The notes beneath the pieces were generated by a model. That model was not told the origin of the DNA. It saw only the letters and a program-made list of their open reading frames with translations, and made no database searches. A program made the position numbers and the translations under genes. A DNA stretch of 64,000 nt, from NCBI GenBank assembly GCA_963771465.1, contig CAVYTU010000015.1:544001-608000 (forward strand), written 5' to 3'. Below are positions 52,754 to 62,216 of this stretch, piece after piece; position 1 is the stretch's first letter; each line of letters opens with the position of its first letter. Origin of the DNA: an uncultured delta proteobacterium. Its GTDB lineage: Bacteria > Desulfobacterota > Binatia > UBA9968.

Positions 52754-53893
52754 TCAATCGCCCGCGGTAAATTCCGGCGCGTCTTCGAGTTGCTCGATGC
52801 CGCCGAGGCCGACGTCGACGAAGGGACTCGGCATCGCGCAGAGCAGCAGCACCCGGCTGTCGCCGGAATTAAAATGTTGATGCGCCGTCATGCGCGGGAT
52901 GCAGATAAACTCGCCGGCTTGCCAGTTCCAGCGCTCACCATCGTGCATATCGTAGCCGTTGCCTTCGATGACGAGGACTTGTTCTTCAGCAACGTGCAGA
53001 TGTTTGCCCGAGCGGCTGTGCGGCGGAATTTCTTGCAGATAGGCCCAAACCTGCCGCCCGCCGGTTTCAATATCCGGATGGACGAACCACTTGAGCTTGC
53101 CCTGCTGAGTCCACTCCCAGGCTTCCCTGCTTTCATGGACGACGTGATCGACCCGGCTCAAATACTGCACTTCATCGTGGTAAAGCTTCAAATAACGCTC
53201 GTAGGTGTTGTTCACCGGAACGCTCCACGGCACCGAACGTTTACGCGCTTGAAACACGTCTTCCAATTTCGGTTCCGGCCCGACCACCACTTCGATGTCG
53301 TCTTTGATGCCGAGAATACCCTTTTTGATTTTGTAGCCGCGCAGTTTGCCGTCGTCGTCGTAGAGCGGTTCCGTGCCGTCGGGAAATACCGGCTTCTCAG
53401 TCATCTTGTGCTGCTCGCGCCACATGAGCCCGAAGCTATGAAAGAGCCGAGTCGCTAGCGAGATCATCGCGCAGCCGACCTCAGCGTCACCGCCATGCTG
53501 ATGCACCGAGTACGGCGCGAAACAAACCATGTCGTGGGTTTCGAATTGAAAGGTGACGCCGTCGTTCATCTCCCAGCCTTTGCCGCTGAGACAAAAAATC
53601 GTTGGCGCAGCGATATGGCGATGGATACCACGCACCGGCACATGGGGCGCGATATCGATGATATGTGACGCGAAGCAATAGAGCGGGCCGCGAATCAAAA
53701 TATCATAGCTAGTCAAGTCGCCGGTCTGGTGCGGACTTCCCTTGCCCATGACCGTTTGTTTCGACGGCAGTGGCTGGAGCACGTGCGGCAGCGAGTTCAC
53801 CTGCCAATCTTCCTTAACTTCAAAGACAAAACGCTTCAACTGATCCGATTCTGCGGCCTGGCTTTTTTCTTCCCATGGCTCGAGGTAAGACAT
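52754..53893 (-). CDS. Bicupin protein (gentisate-dioxygenase-like)
   Basis: HRH...HQH and GKHLHVAEE...AHQHFN metal motifs; GGAGG RBS. Confidence 0.8.
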   Translation of the reverse strand: MSYLEPWEEKSQAAESDQLKRFVFEVKEDWQVNSLPHVLQPLPSKQTVMGKGSPHQTGDLTSYDILIRGPLYCFASHIIDIAPHVPVRGIHRHIAAPTIFCLSGKGWEMNDGVTFQFETHDMVCFAPYSVHQHGGDAEVGCAMISLATRLFHSFGLMWREQHKMTEKPVFPDGTEPLYDDDGKLRGYKIKKGILGIKDDIEVVVGPEPKLEDVFQARKRSVPWSVPVNNTYERYLKLYHDEVQYLSRVDHVVHESREAWEWTQQGKLKWFVHPDIETGGRQVWAYLQEIPPHSRSGKHLHVAEEQVLVIEGNGYDMHDGERWNWQAGEFICIPRMTAHQHFNSGDSRVLLLCAMPSPFVDVGLGGIEQLEDAPEFTAGD

Positions 53894-53934
53894 TTATTCC
53901 TCCGATTTGCTTTCACGATTTTCGAACCGCATGG

Positions 53935-55059
53935 CTACTTTAATTTCTCGGCCTGCGGCAGGCCGAAGGCTTTTTCAATCATTTCATACCAGCCGGGAAT
54001 TTGCGCGAAGCTATCCCATTTGTCGATGGATAGTTTTTTTCCCTGGGTTACTTTCGCCAATTCAGAACCAGGCCCGTAAACCGAAGACTTGAGCGGTTCA
54101 TACTTGTCGATGATGCGTTGGCCGGTTGGCGTGGCCTGAAACTCCAGCCACAACAGCGCGGCGTAGGGATTAGACGCTAAACGGGTAACGCCTTGCAGCT
54201 CGATCAATCGCACCGGCACCGGCTCGATGACTTTGCAGACGATCGATTTCTTCGGATGTTTCTCGGCGACCTCGACACAGGACTGATAATTGGCTTGCTG
54301 GTGCAACGCGTACTCGCCCACCGACATGGACGCCAGCGCGCGCGCATAGCCGCGCACCCAGATCGGTTCTTGCTCCTTGAGTTTAGCCGAGTAGTTTTTC
54401 ACCCACGCTTCACCCATGCCCGGCACCAACGACACCATGCCGTGGGGGCGAATGTCGATCAAAAATTTTCTGCCCTTGAGCTCCGGTCGAAGAAAGTCTT
54501 CCCAAGTATTGGGAACTTTTTCCGGCGCGATCAACTCCTTGTTATACACCACCGCCTGGATGGCGCTCGCCTCGGCGACGATGCTGCGCTTGTTGGGATC
54601 GATCATACCGATAGGAATCGCCAGGACGCCATGCTCGGCCATGCCGTAGATATCGATTTTTTTTACGTGCTCGGCAAATTCATTGTAGAAGTCGCGAGAG
54701 AGATGGATCGAATCCCAATTTTTGCCGCTCCCCGCCCGAAGCTCCATCAAAAAGCGTTGGGCCGCTTCGCTGCCGTCCACCGGGGTCAATGCGAAATCGA
54801 TGAACGGATATTTCTGCTTAAAAGCTTCGGTCAGCTGCTTGTAAGTTTCCTTGTCCAGGGAGCTGATGACTCTGAGCCTGCCCTCCTTCTTGGCCTTGGC
54901 GACAATTTCGTCGTGGCTGGCTTCGAAGACAAAGCCGTTTGCTTGCGCCGCTTGCCTGGATTTGAGCAACGCAGGAGTTGCGGCGTTGGCGCCTCGTGAA
55001 GCCAGCAAACCAAAAACGATTAACGCCGTAATCGCGAACTTTGGTCGTGCTTCTTTCAT
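53935..55059 (-). CDS. ABC substrate-binding protein (Fe3+/thiamine cluster)
   Basis: Signal peptide, AKKEGRL, FKQKYPFI, VYNKEL..P.TWED.L. Confidence 0.85.
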   Translation of the reverse strand: MKEARPKFAITALIVFGLLASRGANAATPALLKSRQAAQANGFVFEASHDEIVAKAKKEGRLRVISSLDKETYKQLTEAFKQKYPFIDFALTPVDGSEAAQRFLMELRAGSGKNWDSIHLSRDFYNEFAEHVKKIDIYGMAEHGVLAIPIGMIDPNKRSIVAEASAIQAVVYNKELIAPEKVPNTWEDFLRPELKGRKFLIDIRPHGMVSLVPGMGEAWVKNYSAKLKEQEPIWVRGYARALASMSVGEYALHQQANYQSCVEVAEKHPKKSIVCKVIEPVPVRLIELQGVTRLASNPYAALLWLEFQATPTGQRIIDKYEPLKSSVYGPGSELAKVTQGKKLSIDKWDSFAQIPGWYEMIEKAFGLPQAEKLK

Positions 55060-55116
55060 GGTTAATTCTCCTCGCCTTTCTTTCTTGGACAGCAGCCGAG
55101 CCACTATTACGATTCA

Positions 55117-56181
55117 TCAATATCCCAACCGTTCGACCACCGGCTGCAAGCGGGCCAAGCTCCACTTCACCTCGTCGGTCTGGGATAGTTCTTCCCACGC
55201 CTCCTGAACCAACTCTTGACGCACCGCTTCTTCTACGTCGGCGCGCGCGATCGACTTCGATAGCACGCCGGCGTCCTGATGTTCCTGCAAAATCCGCCAC
55301 ACCCCTTCGACGCTCAATTGACCGTCCAGGGGAACGAAATAACTTTCCATCAAGGCGGGCGATAGCAGATCGCGCATGCGTTCGGATTCATCCGGATTAC
55401 CGACGCGCAGCTTGGCCTCGACGAAACGTTGGAAGGCAAAATTTTCCGGCACGATGCGCATGAAGTGATAGCCGCGGATGGTCGCCTTCCAGTAACGCTT
55501 GATCAATTCCGGGTTGCGTTGGATAAACGACTTGCGCGCCACCGTTACACGATCGGGACGGCCGTGCGGCTTACTGTCCTCGACGAAATCATAGATCTTG
55601 TTAAAGCCCCGTTCGAGAAGCTGGGGCACGAAGGGGTTGGCAACGATGGCCGCGTCGGTTTCGCCCGCGAGTAAGGGCTTCCACGCTTCGCGAATGGAGC
55701 CATATCGGTAGCCGATCTTCCAGTCGATGTCGCGATCCGGATCGATGCCGACTTTGCGCAACTGGTGCTCGTGCCACAGGGTGGCGATGCCGCCTTTGTA
55801 CCAGTCGCCGATGCGCTTGCCCTTGAAGTCGGCGATCGATTTGATACCGGGCGCGCCGATCAAGGTGCCGCGAAACTGATTGCGCCAGCCGCCGATAATC
55901 CTAAGCTCGTCATTGCCGAGCGCGCGTTCGGCAAAAGGTGTGCGCACATGGACGTCGGGAATGATGTCTATGTTGAAGGCAATCATGTCACGCAAGACCG
56001 TGCCGATCTCATCGTAGCGCTCGCCGTCGGGGCGGCTGGATTGGAAGCCAGCCGGATTGATCTTGGCGTGAACGACTTCGACATCAAGACCTTCTTGAGC
56101 GAAGAGCTCCGCCTCAAGGCAAATGGCGGCGGCGCGCACATGGCCGGCATGCCAGCAACCGTTGCCCACCCGAAGTTTCAT
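55117..56181 (-). CDS. CWH-motif SsuA/NMT1-fold protein, paralog 3
   Basis: 354 aa, MKLRVGNGCWHAGHVRA. Confidence 0.88.
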   Translation of the reverse strand: MKLRVGNGCWHAGHVRAAAICLEAELFAQEGLDVEVVHAKINPAGFQSSRPDGERYDEIGTVLRDMIAFNIDIIPDVHVRTPFAERALGNDELRIIGGWRNQFRGTLIGAPGIKSIADFKGKRIGDWYKGGIATLWHEHQLRKVGIDPDRDIDWKIGYRYGSIREAWKPLLAGETDAAIVANPFVPQLLERGFNKIYDFVEDSKPHGRPDRVTVARKSFIQRNPELIKRYWKATIRGYHFMRIVPENFAFQRFVEAKLRVGNPDESERMRDLLSPALMESYFVPLDGQLSVEGVWRILQEHQDAGVLSKSIARADVEEAVRQELVQEAWEELSQTDEVKWSLARLQPVVERLGY

Positions 56182-56244
56182 TCTTGTATCACCATTTCGA
56201 TTTTGAGCGCTGAGCCGTTCTTCTTTTTGCGGTTTTTACGTTGT

Positions 56245-57309
56245 TTAATAACCGAGCCGTTCGACGACCGGTTGAAGCCGCTCTAAACTTTGCTTCACGT
56301 CATCAGTCTGCGACAGTTCGGCCCATGCTTCTTGCACAAGTTCTTGGCGCACCAATTCTTCGACGTCACGCCAGGTGATGGACTGCGACAACACCCCCGC
56401 GTCCAAGTGCTCTTGTAAAATCCGCCATACGCCCTCGACGCTCAGCTGGCCGTCGAGCGGAAAAAAGCTCCCTTCCATGCCGTTTAGCTGGCCAAGGTTG
56501 CGCATGCGCTCAGCTTCATCAGGGTTGTTGACGCGAAGCTTGGATTCGACGAAGCGGACAAACGGATAGTGTTCCGGCGCCATGCGCATGAAGTGGTAGG
56601 TACGGATCGATGCTTTCCAATAACGTTTGATCAGTTCCGGGTTGCGCTCGATAAAAGACTTGCGCGCAACGGTGACGCGGTCGGGCCGGCCGTACGGCTT
56701 GCTGTCTTCGACGAAATCGTAAAGCTTGTTAAAGCCGCGCTCCAAAAGCATCGGCACGTAAGGGTTTTGCACGATCGCCGCATCGGTATCGCCGGCCAAT
56801 AGCGGCTTCCATGCCTCGCGCATGGAGCCGTATTGATAGCCGATCTTCCAGTCGATTTCGCGCGCCGGATCGATGGCGCGCTGGCGCAATTGGCGCTCGT
56901 ACCACAAGGTCGCGATGCCGCCTTTGTACCAATCGCCGATGCGCTTGCCGCGCAGGTCAGCGATCGATTTGATCCCTCCCGCCGCCATTAGCGTGCCGCG
57001 AAACTGATTGCGCCAGCCACCGATGATACGCACTTCGTCGTTGCCGAGCGCGCGCTCGGCAAAGGGCGTACGCACATGTACGTCGGGAATGATGTCGATG
57101 CCAAACGCGACCATGTCGCGCAGCACGGTGCCGACTTCATCGTAGCGCTCACCGTCCGGGCGGCTCGAATCGATACCCTTCGGATTGATCTTGGCGTGCA
57201 CCAGCTCAACGTCCAATCCTTCCTGGGCGAAAAAGCCAGCCTCAAGGCAAACCGCCGCGTGCTGAATATGAAAGGCATGCCAGCAACCGTTGCCCACTCG
57301 AAGTTTCAT
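56245..57309 (-). CDS. CWH-motif SsuA/NMT1-fold protein, paralog 4
   Basis: 354 aa, MKLRVGNGCWHAFHIQH. Confidence 0.88.
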   Translation of the reverse strand: MKLRVGNGCWHAFHIQHAAVCLEAGFFAQEGLDVELVHAKINPKGIDSSRPDGERYDEVGTVLRDMVAFGIDIIPDVHVRTPFAERALGNDEVRIIGGWRNQFRGTLMAAGGIKSIADLRGKRIGDWYKGGIATLWYERQLRQRAIDPAREIDWKIGYQYGSMREAWKPLLAGDTDAAIVQNPYVPMLLERGFNKLYDFVEDSKPYGRPDRVTVARKSFIERNPELIKRYWKASIRTYHFMRMAPEHYPFVRFVESKLRVNNPDEAERMRNLGQLNGMEGSFFPLDGQLSVEGVWRILQEHLDAGVLSQSITWRDVEELVRQELVQEAWAELSQTDDVKQSLERLQPVVERLGY

Positions 57310-57351
57310 TTTTCTAAAGCCTTGGTATATTTCCGGTGATTTTTATTGCAA

Positions 57352-58416
57352 TTAGTAGCCGAAGCGCTCGACCACGGGTTGGAGCCGTTCGAGGCTTCGT
57401 TTTACGTCGTCGGTCTGCGACATTTCGACCCACGCTTCCCGCACTAGGTCCTGGTGCACTACATCTTCGACGTCACGCCGGGTAATCGACTTCGGCAACA
57501 CACCAGCGTCTTCATGTTCCTCCAAGATTCGCCACACCCCTTCGACGGTCAACTGACCGTCGAGCGGATGAAAGGCGCTGTCCATGATGCTCATCGGCCT
57601 GAGATCGCGCATGCGCTCGGACTCATCCGGACTGTCGACCCGCAGCTTGGCTTCGACAAAGCGTTGAAAGGGAAAATTCTCCGGCACGATGCGCATGAAA
57701 TGATAACCGCGAATCGCCGCTTTCCAGTAGCGCTTGATTATTTCCGGGTTGCGTTCGACGAACGACTTGCGCGCCACCGTGACGCGGTCAGGTCGACCGT
57801 GAGGTTTGTTGTCCTCGACGAAATCGTAAAGCTTGTTGAAGCCGCGTTCCAGCAATTGTGGCACGAATGGATTCTGCACAATTGCCGCATCGGTTTCACC
57901 GGCTAGCAATGGCCGCCAGGCATCGCGCATGGAGCCGTATTTGTAACCGATCTTCCAATCGATCTCACGGTCCGGATCGATGCCCGCCTTGCGCATCTGA
58001 TGCTCGTACCACAGAGTGGCGATGCCGCCCTTGTACCAATCACCGACCCGTTTGCCGCGCAAAGCGGCGATCGATTCGATGCCCGGCGCAGCGACCAACG
58101 TGCCGGTGAACTGATTGCGCCAGCCGCCGATGATGCGCACTTCGTCGTTGCCCAGCGCGCGCTCGGCAAAGGGCGTGCGCACGTGCACGTCGGGAATGAT
58201 GTCGATGCCGAAAGCGACCATGTCGCGCAGCACCGTGCCCACTTCATCGTAGCGCTCGCCGTCCGGGCGGGTGGAATCGATGCCGCCGGGATTGATTTTT
58301 GCGTGTACGACCTCGACGTCAAGTCCCTCTTGAGCATAAAAGCCCGCTTCCAAAGTCACCGCAGCGTCAAGTACGTGCCGCGTGTGCCAGCAACCATTGC
58401 CCACTCGAAGTTTCAT
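57352..58416 (-). CDS. CWH-motif SsuA/NMT1-fold protein, paralog 5
   Basis: 354 aa, MKLRVGNGCWHTRHVLD. Confidence 0.88.
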   Translation of the reverse strand: MKLRVGNGCWHTRHVLDAAVTLEAGFYAQEGLDVEVVHAKINPGGIDSTRPDGERYDEVGTVLRDMVAFGIDIIPDVHVRTPFAERALGNDEVRIIGGWRNQFTGTLVAAPGIESIAALRGKRVGDWYKGGIATLWYEHQMRKAGIDPDREIDWKIGYKYGSMRDAWRPLLAGETDAAIVQNPFVPQLLERGFNKLYDFVEDNKPHGRPDRVTVARKSFVERNPEIIKRYWKAAIRGYHFMRIVPENFPFQRFVEAKLRVDSPDESERMRDLRPMSIMDSAFHPLDGQLTVEGVWRILEEHEDAGVLPKSITRRDVEDVVHQDLVREAWVEMSQTDDVKRSLERLQPVVERFGY

Positions 58417-58492
58417 TGGTCTGTTACCTTATCTGTATTAGAATCTCGCGCCGATGATTTTTTGCCTCATTACATTTTAGTTTTTGCTTGTT

Positions 58493-59557
58493 TTAATAGC
58501 CGTGCCGTTCGATGACGGATTGGAGCCGCTCGAGGTTGCGTTTGATTTCGTCGGTTTGGGAAATTTCCGCCCATGCTTCGCGCACCAGCTCTTGTTGTAT
58601 CATCTGCTCTACGTCGGCGCGGGTGATCGACTTCGAGAGCACACCGGCATCTTGATGTTCTTCAAGAATTCGCCACACGCCCTCGATGCTGAGCTGGCCG
58701 TCCATGGGGAAAAATGCGCCTTCCATCAATTCCATCGACCAGAGATCGCGCATGCGTTCCGATTCGTCGGGATTGGTGAGCCGGAGTTTGGCTTCGACAA
58801 AGCGCAGGAAAGGATAATTCTCCGGCGCGATGCGGATGAAATGGTAGCCGCGAATGGAAGCTTTCCAATAGCGTTTGATCAGTTCGGGATTGCGGGCCAC
58901 GAAACTGCGGCGAGCCACGGTGACGCGATCGGGCCGGCCGTGGGGCTTGCTGTCTTCAACGAAATCGTAAATCTTGTTGAAGCCGCGCTCGAGCAGCATC
59001 GGTACGTAGGGATTTTGCACGATCGCCGCGTCGGTATCGCCGGCAAGCAATGGCTTGTACGCTTCGCGCATGGAGCCAAATTTGTAGCCGATCTTCCACT
59101 GGATTTCGCGGTCGGGATCGACGCCCGCTTTGCGCAGCTTGTGCTCATACCACAGTGTCGCGACACCGCCTTTGTACCAATCGCCAACGCGTTTGCCGCG
59201 TAGATCGGCGAATGTTTTGATACCGGGCGCGCCGACTAACGTGCCGCGAAACTGATTGCGCCAGCCGCCGATGATCACGACCTCGTCGTTGCCGAGCACG
59301 CGCTCGGCGAACGGCGTGCGCACGTGCACGTCGGGAATGATGTCGATACCATAAGCGACCATGTCGCGCAGCACGGTGCCTACTTCGTCGTAGCGTTCAC
59401 CATCGGGACGACTGGCGTCGATCCCTTTGGGGTTGATTTTGGCGTGGACGATCTCCGCATCGATGCCTTCCCGAGTAAAAAACCCAGCTTCCTGACAGAG
59501 AAATGCGTGTTGGATATGAAAGGCGTGCCAGCAGGCGTTGCCAATTCTCAATTTCAT
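58493..59557 (-). CDS. CWH-motif SsuA/NMT1-fold protein, paralog 6
   Basis: 354 aa, MKLRIGNACWHAFHIQH; AAGGGGA RBS. Confidence 0.88.
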   Translation of the reverse strand: MKLRIGNACWHAFHIQHAFLCQEAGFFTREGIDAEIVHAKINPKGIDASRPDGERYDEVGTVLRDMVAYGIDIIPDVHVRTPFAERVLGNDEVVIIGGWRNQFRGTLVGAPGIKTFADLRGKRVGDWYKGGVATLWYEHKLRKAGVDPDREIQWKIGYKFGSMREAYKPLLAGDTDAAIVQNPYVPMLLERGFNKIYDFVEDSKPHGRPDRVTVARRSFVARNPELIKRYWKASIRGYHFIRIAPENYPFLRFVEAKLRLTNPDESERMRDLWSMELMEGAFFPMDGQLSIEGVWRILEEHQDAGVLSKSITRADVEQMIQQELVREAWAEISQTDEIKRNLERLQSVIERHGY

Positions 59558-59579
59558 AATTGTCCCCTTCCGCCGGCAC

Positions 59580-59710
59580 GCTATCGTTCTCGCGTTGAAA
59601 CTGTCAAGAGTGAATGACTCTTTTCATGGTGATTCGTCGCACGCGGCGCACCGTGGCGACAATTGCATCGGCATGATTGCTTGACAGACCGTTTTTAACA
59701 GTAGTAATCC
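59580..59710. promoter_or_regulatory. Divergent sigma70-like promoters between paralogs 6 and 7
   Basis: Minus strand TTGACA (59602-59607)-N18-TAGCGT; plus strand TTGACA (59681-59686) followed by TAGTAAT. Confidence 0.5.
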
Positions 59711-59773
59711 GGCATGTGGAAACGAGTGTCGTTTCGCAGGAAATAAACCTTTGGCGTCAAAAGGAGGAGAGCG

Positions 59774-60838
59774 ATGAAACTTCGAGTCGGTAATGCTTGT
59801 TGGCATGCCTTCCACGTGCAACACGCATTGCTGTGCCGCGAAGCCGGCTTCTACGCTGACGAGGGCATCGACGTCGAAATTGTTCACGCCAAAATCAACC
59901 CCAAGGCGATCGAGTCGAGCCGGCCCGGCGGCGAACGCTACGACGAAGTCGGCACCGTGCTGCGCGATATGGTCGCCTATGGTATCGACATCATTCCCGA
60001 CGTGCACGTGCGCACCCCATTCGCTGAACGCGCCCTCGGTAATGACGAAGTGCGCATCATCGGCGGCTGGCGCAATCACTACGGCGGCACGGCGATGGGC
60101 GCGCCAAGCGTCAAATCGATGGGTGATTTGAAAGGCAAGCGAATCGGCGACTGGTACAAAGGCGGTATTCACACCCTGTGGTGGGAGCGCCAGCTGCGTC
60201 AAGCGGGTCTCAGTCCGGAACGAGACGTGGAATGGAAAATCGGCTATCTCTTTGGCTCCATGCGCGAAGCGTGGAAGCCGCTGCAACGCGGCGAAACCGA
60301 CGCCGCGATTGTGCAAAACCCGTGGGTGCCGATGCTGCTCGAACAAGGCTACAATAAACTCTACGATTTCGATCACGAGACCAAGCCTTATGGCCGGCCC
60401 GATCGCGTCACCGTGGCGCGCAAGTCGTTCATCGAGCGTAATCCAGAAATCATCAAACGCTTTTGGAAGGCGGCGATCCGCGGTTATCATTTCATGCGTA
60501 TCGTGCCGGAGAACTTCGCCTTCCAGCGCTACATCGAAGCCAAGTTGCGCACCGATAATCCCGACGAAGCCGAGTGCATGCGCGACTTGACGCCGATGGC
60601 GATGATGGAGAGCCATTTCTTTCCGCTCGATGGCCAACTCACCGAGGAAGGCGTTTGGCGGATTCTTGATGAACATATCGACGGCGGCGTGCTGGATAAA
60701 TCGATTACCCGTTCCGATGCTGGCAGCCTGATTGATCAAGGTTTAGTCCAAGAGGCTTGGGCCGAGATTTCCCAGACCGACGGCGTGAAACGCAGTCTCG
60801 AGCGGCTCCAAGCCGTGATCGAGCGTGTCGGATACTGA
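59774..60838 (+). CDS. CWH-motif SsuA/NMT1-fold protein, paralog 7
   Basis: 354 aa, MKLRVGNACWHAFHVQH; AAGGAGGAG RBS directly before Met1. Confidence 0.88.
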   Translation: MKLRVGNACWHAFHVQHALLCREAGFYADEGIDVEIVHAKINPKAIESSRPGGERYDEVGTVLRDMVAYGIDIIPDVHVRTPFAERALGNDEVRIIGGWRNHYGGTAMGAPSVKSMGDLKGKRIGDWYKGGIHTLWWERQLRQAGLSPERDVEWKIGYLFGSMREAWKPLQRGETDAAIVQNPWVPMLLEQGYNKLYDFDHETKPYGRPDRVTVARKSFIERNPEIIKRFWKAAIRGYHFMRIVPENFAFQRYIEAKLRTDNPDEAECMRDLTPMAMMESHFFPLDGQLTEEGVWRILDEHIDGGVLDKSITRSDAGSLIDQGLVQEAWAEISQTDGVKRSLERLQAVIERVGY

Positions 60839-60949
60839 CGACGAATACTCAACCATCGAATGGCCCGCCAGCAGATCGGAGTTCGCTTGACAGGCTAATT
60901 GCAACTTTAGTAATGGCTGAATGTGTAAAGAAAATTTCCGGAGGTCACA

Positions 60950-62179
60950 ATGTATCGCACGAGCAAAGAAGAAAATGAAATCCTAACGCGAGTCAGCGCT
61001 GGCACTCCGATGGGAGAACTGCTTAGGCGCTACTGGTGGCCCATCGGCATCTCCGCTCACCTCAAGGAAAAACCAACATACATTCGCGTGCTCGGTGAAG
61101 ATTTGGTTTTATTTCGCGATAGCGCCGGACAGCCGGCGATCATCGGCGCCAAGTGCGCCCACCGCAGAGCCAATCTTTGTCTTGGCAACGTCGAGAAGGA
61201 CGGCCTGAGATGCCGCTATCACGGTTGGCTTTACGGTAACGACGGCCGCGTGCGGCAAACACCGGGGGAACCAGCAGGCAGCAAACTCAAAGACTCGATC
61301 ACCCATCCGGCTTATTCCGCACAGGAACTCGGCGGTTTCATTTTTACTTACATGGGTCCCAAACCGATACCGCTGCTGCCGCGTTATCATTTTCTCGCCG
61401 CTGAAGGCGAGCGCCATTCGATCGTGCAGGGTTTTGGCCGGTGCAATTGGCTGCAAGCGGTGGAAAATGGCATCGACCCGCTGCACGCGGGATTCTTGCA
61501 CGGCGATATCTGGGACGCAGTTTCCGCGGAGCCGGAAACAACCTGGTTCGAAGAAACCGATTTGGGGATCGTTTACAAAGTTATTCGTCCTGGGCGAAAA
61601 GCGGGCGAGTATAATTACCGTGAGCATCACTTGTTTATGCCTGGCATCAGCTCAGGCGGCGACGCATCGGTCAGCGAAGGCGCAGACAATCCGCCGCCTG
61701 ACGAATTGCCCGCGGTGACAGCGCGTTGGAGCGTGCCTCTCGACGACACGCGGATGATGCATATGCGGGTATTCTTCAAACCCGCGAGCAAAAACGCCAA
61801 GCCGCTGCAGTTCAAAACGCTGAGTTTGGCGCAGACCCGCACGTCGCCGTTTCAAGTCGAACCTTACGGCGAGTACACCGGATCGGACACGCCGACGCTC
61901 GGTTATACGATCCCCAGATCGATCGGCGGTGAGGACGCCGTCATGCTCGACAGCATGGGCACAATCGTCGATCGGGAGAATGAAAATTTAACCGTCGCCG
62001 ACGAGAGCATGGAGATGCTGCGCAAAATGTACTTGAAGCAGATCGCTGTGGTGCAAAACGGCGGTGACCCGCTCGGCGTGGTGCGCGATGAGAAAAAAAA
62101 TCAGCTGATTATCGCCGGTGGCCTGTATCGCTGGGTCTCGCCCGAGGAACGCAAACAGTTGCTCGAGAAAGCTGCGTAA
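60950..62179 (+). CDS. Rieske non-heme iron oxygenase alpha subunit
   Basis: LTRV..GTPMGELLRRYWWP, CAH...CRYH, ENGIDPLH..FLH, ED; GGAGG RBS. Confidence 0.92.
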   Translation: MYRTSKEENEILTRVSAGTPMGELLRRYWWPIGISAHLKEKPTYIRVLGEDLVLFRDSAGQPAIIGAKCAHRRANLCLGNVEKDGLRCRYHGWLYGNDGRVRQTPGEPAGSKLKDSITHPAYSAQELGGFIFTYMGPKPIPLLPRYHFLAAEGERHSIVQGFGRCNWLQAVENGIDPLHAGFLHGDIWDAVSAEPETTWFEETDLGIVYKVIRPGRKAGEYNYREHHLFMPGISSGGDASVSEGADNPPPDELPAVTARWSVPLDDTRMMHMRVFFKPASKNAKPLQFKTLSLAQTRTSPFQVEPYGEYTGSDTPTLGYTIPRSIGGEDAVMLDSMGTIVDRENENLTVADESMEMLRKMYLKQIAVVQNGGDPLGVVRDEKKNQLIIAGGLYRWVSPEERKQLLEKAA

Positions 62180-62216
62180 ATCGCTGACGCCACTTGGCGA
62201 GACAGAGGTTGACTCC

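Noticed and set aside
58484-60739. Long antisense ORFs (58484-59203, 59624-60739 and similar ones such as 109-861, 54193-54999)
   Set aside because: Shadow frames of GC-rich real genes; their mutual similarity just mirrors the paralogy of the sense genes.
51673-60838. CWH paralogs as THI5 HMP-P synthases or as DGR targets
   Set aside because: No PLP-lysine at the THI5-equivalent position (DIIPDVH) and no CCCFC motif; no reverse transcriptase or template repeat seen, and the differences do not appear adenine-specific.
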